A stretch of 64,000 nucleotides of DNA from Octopus vulgaris (taxonomy: Eukaryota). The stretch covers positions 48,794,001 to 48,858,000 of the forward strand of contig OX597820.1 in the NCBI GenBank assembly GCA_951406725.2, in the 5' to 3' direction. Position numbers and translations under genes: made by a program. Under the pieces are notes generated by a model. The model worked only from the letters and a program-made list of their open reading frames with translations, was not told where the DNA came from and made no database searches. Positions 57,808 through 64,000 of the stretch are shown here, one piece after another; the stretch's first letter is position 1; each line of letters starts with the position of its first letter.

Positions 57808-58589
57808 ATGAGAGAGTTAAATAGAAGGAAATAGTAGAGTTCAATACAGAAGATATTTTGAAAACGGATAGATATAGGAAGTATAAAGGGAAATATGAGA
57901 ATAAAAATATATGTTGGATGTTATAGCTGTAGTTCTATTATCCAAGGAATGTGCTGTGTAGATTGTGTAAAAAGGCCTCTTGCCCATGGTATGTAAATTC
58001 CGATAGGAATTGAACTCCTATCGGAATTTACAAAGTCCTGTCAAAAGGTCTCACACATCTACCTGGAATCACTCAGCTCGTGTACGTCTCGACCCGTCAA
58101 AGAACGAACTGTGGATTTGTTACTACGCTGTGTCCCCACCACGCGGGCCCATGGTATAGCTTTGATTCCCTCGCTTCTTAGAGCACGCGCTTTGAATCTG
58201 TCAAAGAAACTTTAATGTTTCACATTGAAGTATTGCTCTAATGCCATTCCCGCCGCTGGTACGTCAGTTGCAATATTTCCAGGTCAACCCGGGACCAGTT
58301 CTCCCTGGCAGTTCTTGTCACATTTAGCAGGACGGTATCCGCCCCTCCACGATTACGTATTCCAGAAGCTACCAAATATCATTTCCTGATGGGATCCTAA
58401 GAATATGGACACTCGCTGTAGGTTTCCCCATGTTGGAGGGGTACATAATGACTTTGGTGGTTTTGCAAGGGGTCTTTGAGTGTTTCATAGCGAGGGAGTA
58501 TGATGTAAACATCACCGAAATGGTGCTGTTTTGTTTTCCCCTCGCCATGCATTTTGCCGGTGTACTATCGATCCTGCCAGCTCACCACC

Positions 58590-58636
<47 letters not shown>

Positions 58637-59214
58637 CATAATAATAATAAGAAGGAGAAGAAGAAGAAGAAGAAGAAGAAGAAGAAGAGGAGGAGGAGGA
58701 GGAGGAGGAGGAGAAGAAGAAGAAGAAGAAGAGGAGGAGGAGGAGGAGGAGGAAGAAGAAGAAGAAGAAGAAGAAGAAGAAGAAGAAGAAGAAGAAGAAG
58801 AAGAAGAAGAAGAAGAAGAATGTGTAATATAGGTACTGTCTATAATATAGCCATGTTGTCGCAGAAAAACAAGCGTGTGTTAATATCAACAAGATGCGGT
58901 GATACAAGTTGCCTATACATGAATTGAAGCAATACGTGCGAATGCGATGTCGCTACAGAACAACACTGTAAGTACAAATAATAATTGTATATGCAAGCTC
59001 ATCTCCACACAAATACACATAAATGTAGTGTTTGTATAATTCACAAATGCACCCGTACACCTCGTACATAAACAAGACAACGTAGAACACACTGGGTTGA
59101 AACAAATTAAATGAGACACATAATAATAACAATAAATATGGAATGTAACACGTCTCATTTTAAATAGAGATAAAAAGCAGATATTCTCAGAAATAAACTT
59201 CGAAAACAAATAAA

Positions 59215-59757
59215 GGCTAATTTCTATCTATGAGCCTGAGGCGCTTAAGATATGAAAACAAAAAGAGCATACAACAAGAGATGATGACCGGCGGAAAAGT
59301 TACATCCGAACAGGAAGGTCCCTCTACTAAAGTCACTGAGCAAGCGGAAAACAAAACCAAGGGAGAACGGTGGGCACATGACGACGGTAGTTGGAGGAAA
59401 GATAGCATCTCAAGATTGTCATATTGAATAAGAGAGACAAATACTGACAGATCATTGATGTAGCCATACCAAATGACATGAATGTTGTGAGTAAAGAGGT
59501 TGAAAAAATCACGAACAACTCCGAACTGAAAGTGGAAATAGCAAGAATGTATGGAATGCGAGAGGGTAATGTAAAAGTGATACCAGTAGTTATAGAAGCG
59601 ATAGGCTTAATCCCATTGAAACACCAAGACTTCTTAAGACAACTGGAAATCCCATGTAAGACTGGTGTCTTGCAAAAAGCAGCCTTATTGGACTCAGCGC
59701 ACAACTTACGGAAAATATTATCTGTCTGGGGTCCTTGTTTGTGTTACGAAGGAAAAA
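59215..59757 (+). mobile_element. R4/Dong 3' fragment
   Basis: IIDVAIPND, ELKVEIARMY, VIPVVIEAIG and LQKAALL..AHNLRKIL, followed by (AAT)n. Confidence 0.8.
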
Positions 59758-59769
59758 ATAATAATAATG

Positions 59770-59800
<31 letters not shown>

Positions 59801-60914
59801 TAATAATAATAATAGTTATAATAATAAAAGACGCTGATATACTTTTCCGTCCTCTTAAATAATGAAGTGATTGAAGAGGTAAATGCAGCTTTTTGGGTTA
59901 GACTAGTCCAGTAGCAGTTTACTAAATAAGCATGATATACAGAGCGTTAAACCCATTGACTTTGAAAGAAAATGAAACCACTTCTTTATACAGAATATAC
60001 TTATTCACGTTTACTGCTAAATCAGAGTTTTACAAATCATAATTAAAAAATTCAAACGCATATACGAACACACCGAAAATCAGCGTATATATATGACTAG
60101 GGCAGTTATAAATTTACACCTGTTGGAGGATCCATGCAACTGTATTTATTTATAGATTGCTAAAGCAAGTTTCCAGCTACGAAATGATAGTCTTGATTAC
60201 ATTCCCAAACGCTGCAAATTTCTTTGTCTTCTGTTCTACCGTTGACACAGTATACAGACTTCATTATCATGATTGAAATATTTTGAACTCCTTTCATTAT
60301 TCTCTTCGTTACTTTCGTTATTGTTCTCATTACTTGAAGTAAGTAAAATCGAACACTATGGGAACCTTCTTGCAATAAGAAACGCATTGTGTCAACTCAG
60401 ATTAATATTTATAGTTCACTGTTCGGAAAGCAAAGCGAAGCAGCATATCACTTGTTACTATGGAAGCCTATTTGCGACAATGAAAGGGATAATAATACTT
60501 TATTTCGGACATAGGCTAATAGATAAAGCATTAGAATAACATATATAAAAAATATATATATAGTGGTCTTTTGTAGGGAGTTTTCAAATTCATTCAAATA
60601 AGGATGATGTTCCTAAACTACATTTCTTTTTAAAATAAAAGCTGTTCTGTGTAAAGAAATGGCAACGCATATAGATATTTTCTTCGCAAATCTGATTGAC
60701 ATTACTCATATATGCTTTAAAGCCGTGTTTGCATTTTCATCAAATAATAAATAAGTGCCATCTTACTGTCACGAATATAAAACAGATTTAAATTATTAAG
60801 AAGTAATATTTATCCCCACTTAAACGTAAATGTTCTGTTAGAGCAAACTATATATGCTATTATTAATTATTAACTGCACCACTAAAAAATTTATATTATG
60901 CATATTAGTCTTAT

Positions 60915-61475
60915 GTGGAGACGCGTTATTTAGTAGTTAGGGTGTCAGCATCATGATCGTAATATTGTGGTTTCGATTCCTGGACCGGGCGACGCGTTGT
61001 GTTCTTGAGCAAAACATCTCATTTCAGTTTGCTCCAGTCCACTCAGCTGGCAAAAAAGAGTAGTGTTGCAATGGACAGGTGTCCCATCCAGCTTGGGAAC
61101 ACATACGCCATGGAAACCGGAAAACTGGGCTCATGAGCTTGGTTAGCCTTTAAAAGGGCGCATTTATTATTTATTATTATATTAGTCTTATAGGCACAGG
61201 TGTGGCTTTGTGCTAAGATGCTTGCTTCCCAACCACATGATTCCGGGTTCAGTCCTACTGCGCGTTGAAATGGCAGAATCGTTAGCACGCTGGACGAAAG
61301 GCTTAGCGGTATTTCGTCCGTGTGAACGTTCTGAGTTCAAATTCCGCCAAGGTCGACTTGGTCTTTCATCCTTCCGGGGTCGATAAATTAAGTACCAGTT
61401 GCGTAATGGGGTCGATCTAATCCACTGGCCCCGCCCCACAAATTTCAGGCCTTGCGCCTATTGTAGAAAGGATTA
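60915..61475 (+). mobile_element. Adjacent SINEs
   Basis: 60915-61165 has tRNA-like A/B boxes, 61190-61262 is a head of the 10300 family, and 61265-61475 matches the 36020 family. Confidence 0.8.
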
Positions 61476-61887
61476 TGTACATTAGTCTGAATTTTTTCCG
61501 TTGAGTTTTGTTTTATATTGCAACAATTTTCCCTCCTTAAGATTGAAAAAGAAAACCAATGAAGAGCAATCATTATTAAATTTACTTAGCATATACATAA
61601 AAAAAAGCAAAGCTGTTTTACAAAGAGGAAATGCAATAAAAACATAACACTACTTTAACTTTGTAAAGAAAGATACATTCTAAAAAGGAAATAATTTTTC
61701 TTTTTAGAATGTTTCTGAGCCATGTGGCGTGTTTTAAATGTTTAAAACGCATTAACATAGTGTTGCAATCTCGCTGCTCTATCTTTATATTGCCTATACT
61801 GATAAGAAATATTTGCGCCTGCAATATAATATTCGATTATTCCTTCGTTATTTCTTTGTCTCTTTAAAATATTTATCTTTTTATTTG

Positions 61888-61949
<62 letters not shown>

Positions 61950-64000
61950 GCTTTTTTCTTTGGTAAATTGCAGATTGTAATGTAGATAAAGAAAAAAACA
62001 AATGTTTGTGTAAATTTATTAGTGAATAAACATGCAAGACGATGAGTTTCCTGACGATGTTTTGTTGGTTTACAATGTAATTGAATTTTGATATAATGAA
62101 TGAAAAGCGGCGTTTCAACTCTACGAATAAAAACATTGAAAAATTCTTTAAAGATGGAATTAGTCATTGGATAAAAAAAAAACAAAAGAAAAACTCAAAT
62201 GAAAATTATGAATTTTCTTACGATATATTGCGTATATAGTTAGTTGGCTTGTAATTAGTTTACATGCGATATAATTATTCGTAATGAATTTGCAGCGAGT
62301 AACTGTCACGTACTAGGGTAGATACCTCCCGTTAAATAGACAGTATGCTCCATGGACAAACACCTCGAAAATATACTCAACTGTTTCTATGCCAGTTTTC
62401 TCTTCTTCTATAGTATAGAATCACAGCACTTTTCAAGAAAACATATTGCATTTCACCCGACTGTACGCACACACACACACACACATTGTATATTGACATG
62501 AACAAGAATAGCATGCAAGTAAAATCCTCACGCGTGTTACAGATTCTAGGGTGTGCAATCGCTGAGTACCTTTCCGAGTGAATGCACATCTTCAACACAA
62601 ACAGCTTGCATCGCGAATATCTGCTCTCATATTCATTTCCCAAAAAATATTTCAGATCCCAGTAGCAACTGAAATCACGCAAGACTAAAATCTGGAAATG
62701 GATTCTGTTACATATCATTTTTTAAATATCTCATTTTTTTTAAAAATTTCTCTTGCGATTCGTGGCTTTAAGCCAATATTTATGAATATTCTGGATGCTT
62801 GAGATTTATAAACACTTGGAATTTCCGGTTCTGTAGTTGACTAAATTCTCATTTGATCGATTGCAAATTTATGCGATAGTGACGTTGAATTATTTTAAGA
62901 ATTAATGATAAGACAACTTGATTAATGGTTAATATTTCAGTGAATCAAATTGACTAATTACTAATTGTAAATATGATTATTTATTTGGGCAAATTGAGTG
63001 AAGTAAAGAGAAAGTGCCAATAATTAAAGAAATTGTCTACTGTACTACTAAATATTAGACATTTGGTCGGTTGGTTATATTAGTAATTAGAAATTTAAAT
63101 ATATAAGACAGTAGAGATTAACAAGCTATTAATGTTGATGAACAATAATTTAATAGAATGACAGATATTTGTTTTATAATTTAGTCAAAAAGAAGTGAGT
63201 AATATAGGAGGACAGGCAGTTCGATATGAATTATCGCATCCTGGACTAGTGATTGTTTGATGTTACTTTGATGTCTGTGAAAAGTACAGAGACCAGAGTT
63301 GCAACCCGTTGAAATTCTAAAAGAACGAAAGGCTGTAATGGATATCTAATACAGCTTATAATAATTGAGTGAAAGAAACTATAACCTTAAGATAAAGAAA
63401 CGTATCTGAGTAGGGTTGATATACAACTTAATCTTTAGAGTTTTAATACTGTTGTATTAATTCCAGAAAACACAGAGGCAAGACAACGCGTTTGTTGATA
63501 AGCTGTAGTAGCATGTGGGTATCTGAATATGTACCAATAAACCAGATGAAGATTTTGGACGTAGTCTACGCTGTTCGTGCGTTAGCCGGCAGCGTAGTCA
63601 CAGTTGATTGATTGCCAATTTACAAGTAAAATTAATGAATTCCCCCCGATGTTTAGAAATATACCGAATGACCATAGTGCAATTGTTGCTTAACGTGGAT
63701 CGATATATGTGAACGTCACATTGATTGTAATCTTGAAAAGATCAACAAGTTTCCTTTTTGGTTGATGACAGGGGGCGGACCTGATAAAGATAGATTACTA
63801 ACAAACCCGTTTGAAGGGATTAAATAAGGGAAAAAGGCGGATCTACAGAACTTAGAAATCTCATATTGAATCGCAAATATAATTGGGTAAGGTCTTTTAA
63901 AAGTCCATTTCTTCCACACATCAAACAATATAATAGAAATGATAGCGTAAAATGTATTGAGTTAAAGAGATTATAGAGACTTCGAATTAGGCTTTAAACA

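Overview
This is AT-rich, microsatellite-saturated eukaryotic DNA with no host protein-coding exon I can support. The repeat content suggests a coleoid cephalopod such as Octopus (inference only). Nearly all ORFs in the track are translated microsatellites. The real coding remnants are all transposon-derived: four Penelope-like elements (PLEs; RT thumb and/or GIY-YIG), four R4/Dong-type REL-endonuclease LINE pieces sitting in (TAA)n, three CR1/L2-type LINE 3' ends, one RTE fragment, four Tc1/mariner pieces and a gag/ORF1-like element. There are also about 15 SINE copies or fragments. The most striking signal is about 16 type-I hammerhead-ribozyme-like motifs from roughly eight distinct families, on both strands. 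They include a U3/A8 covariant core and a recurrent non-canonical CUGUNGAA core. They sit in a size series of fold-back elements, from 1.7-kb PLEs with inverted ends down to pure 100-250-bp hairpins, mostly lodged in (TA)n tracts. All structures were read by eye, so coordinates may be off by a few bases and ribozyme activity is untested.
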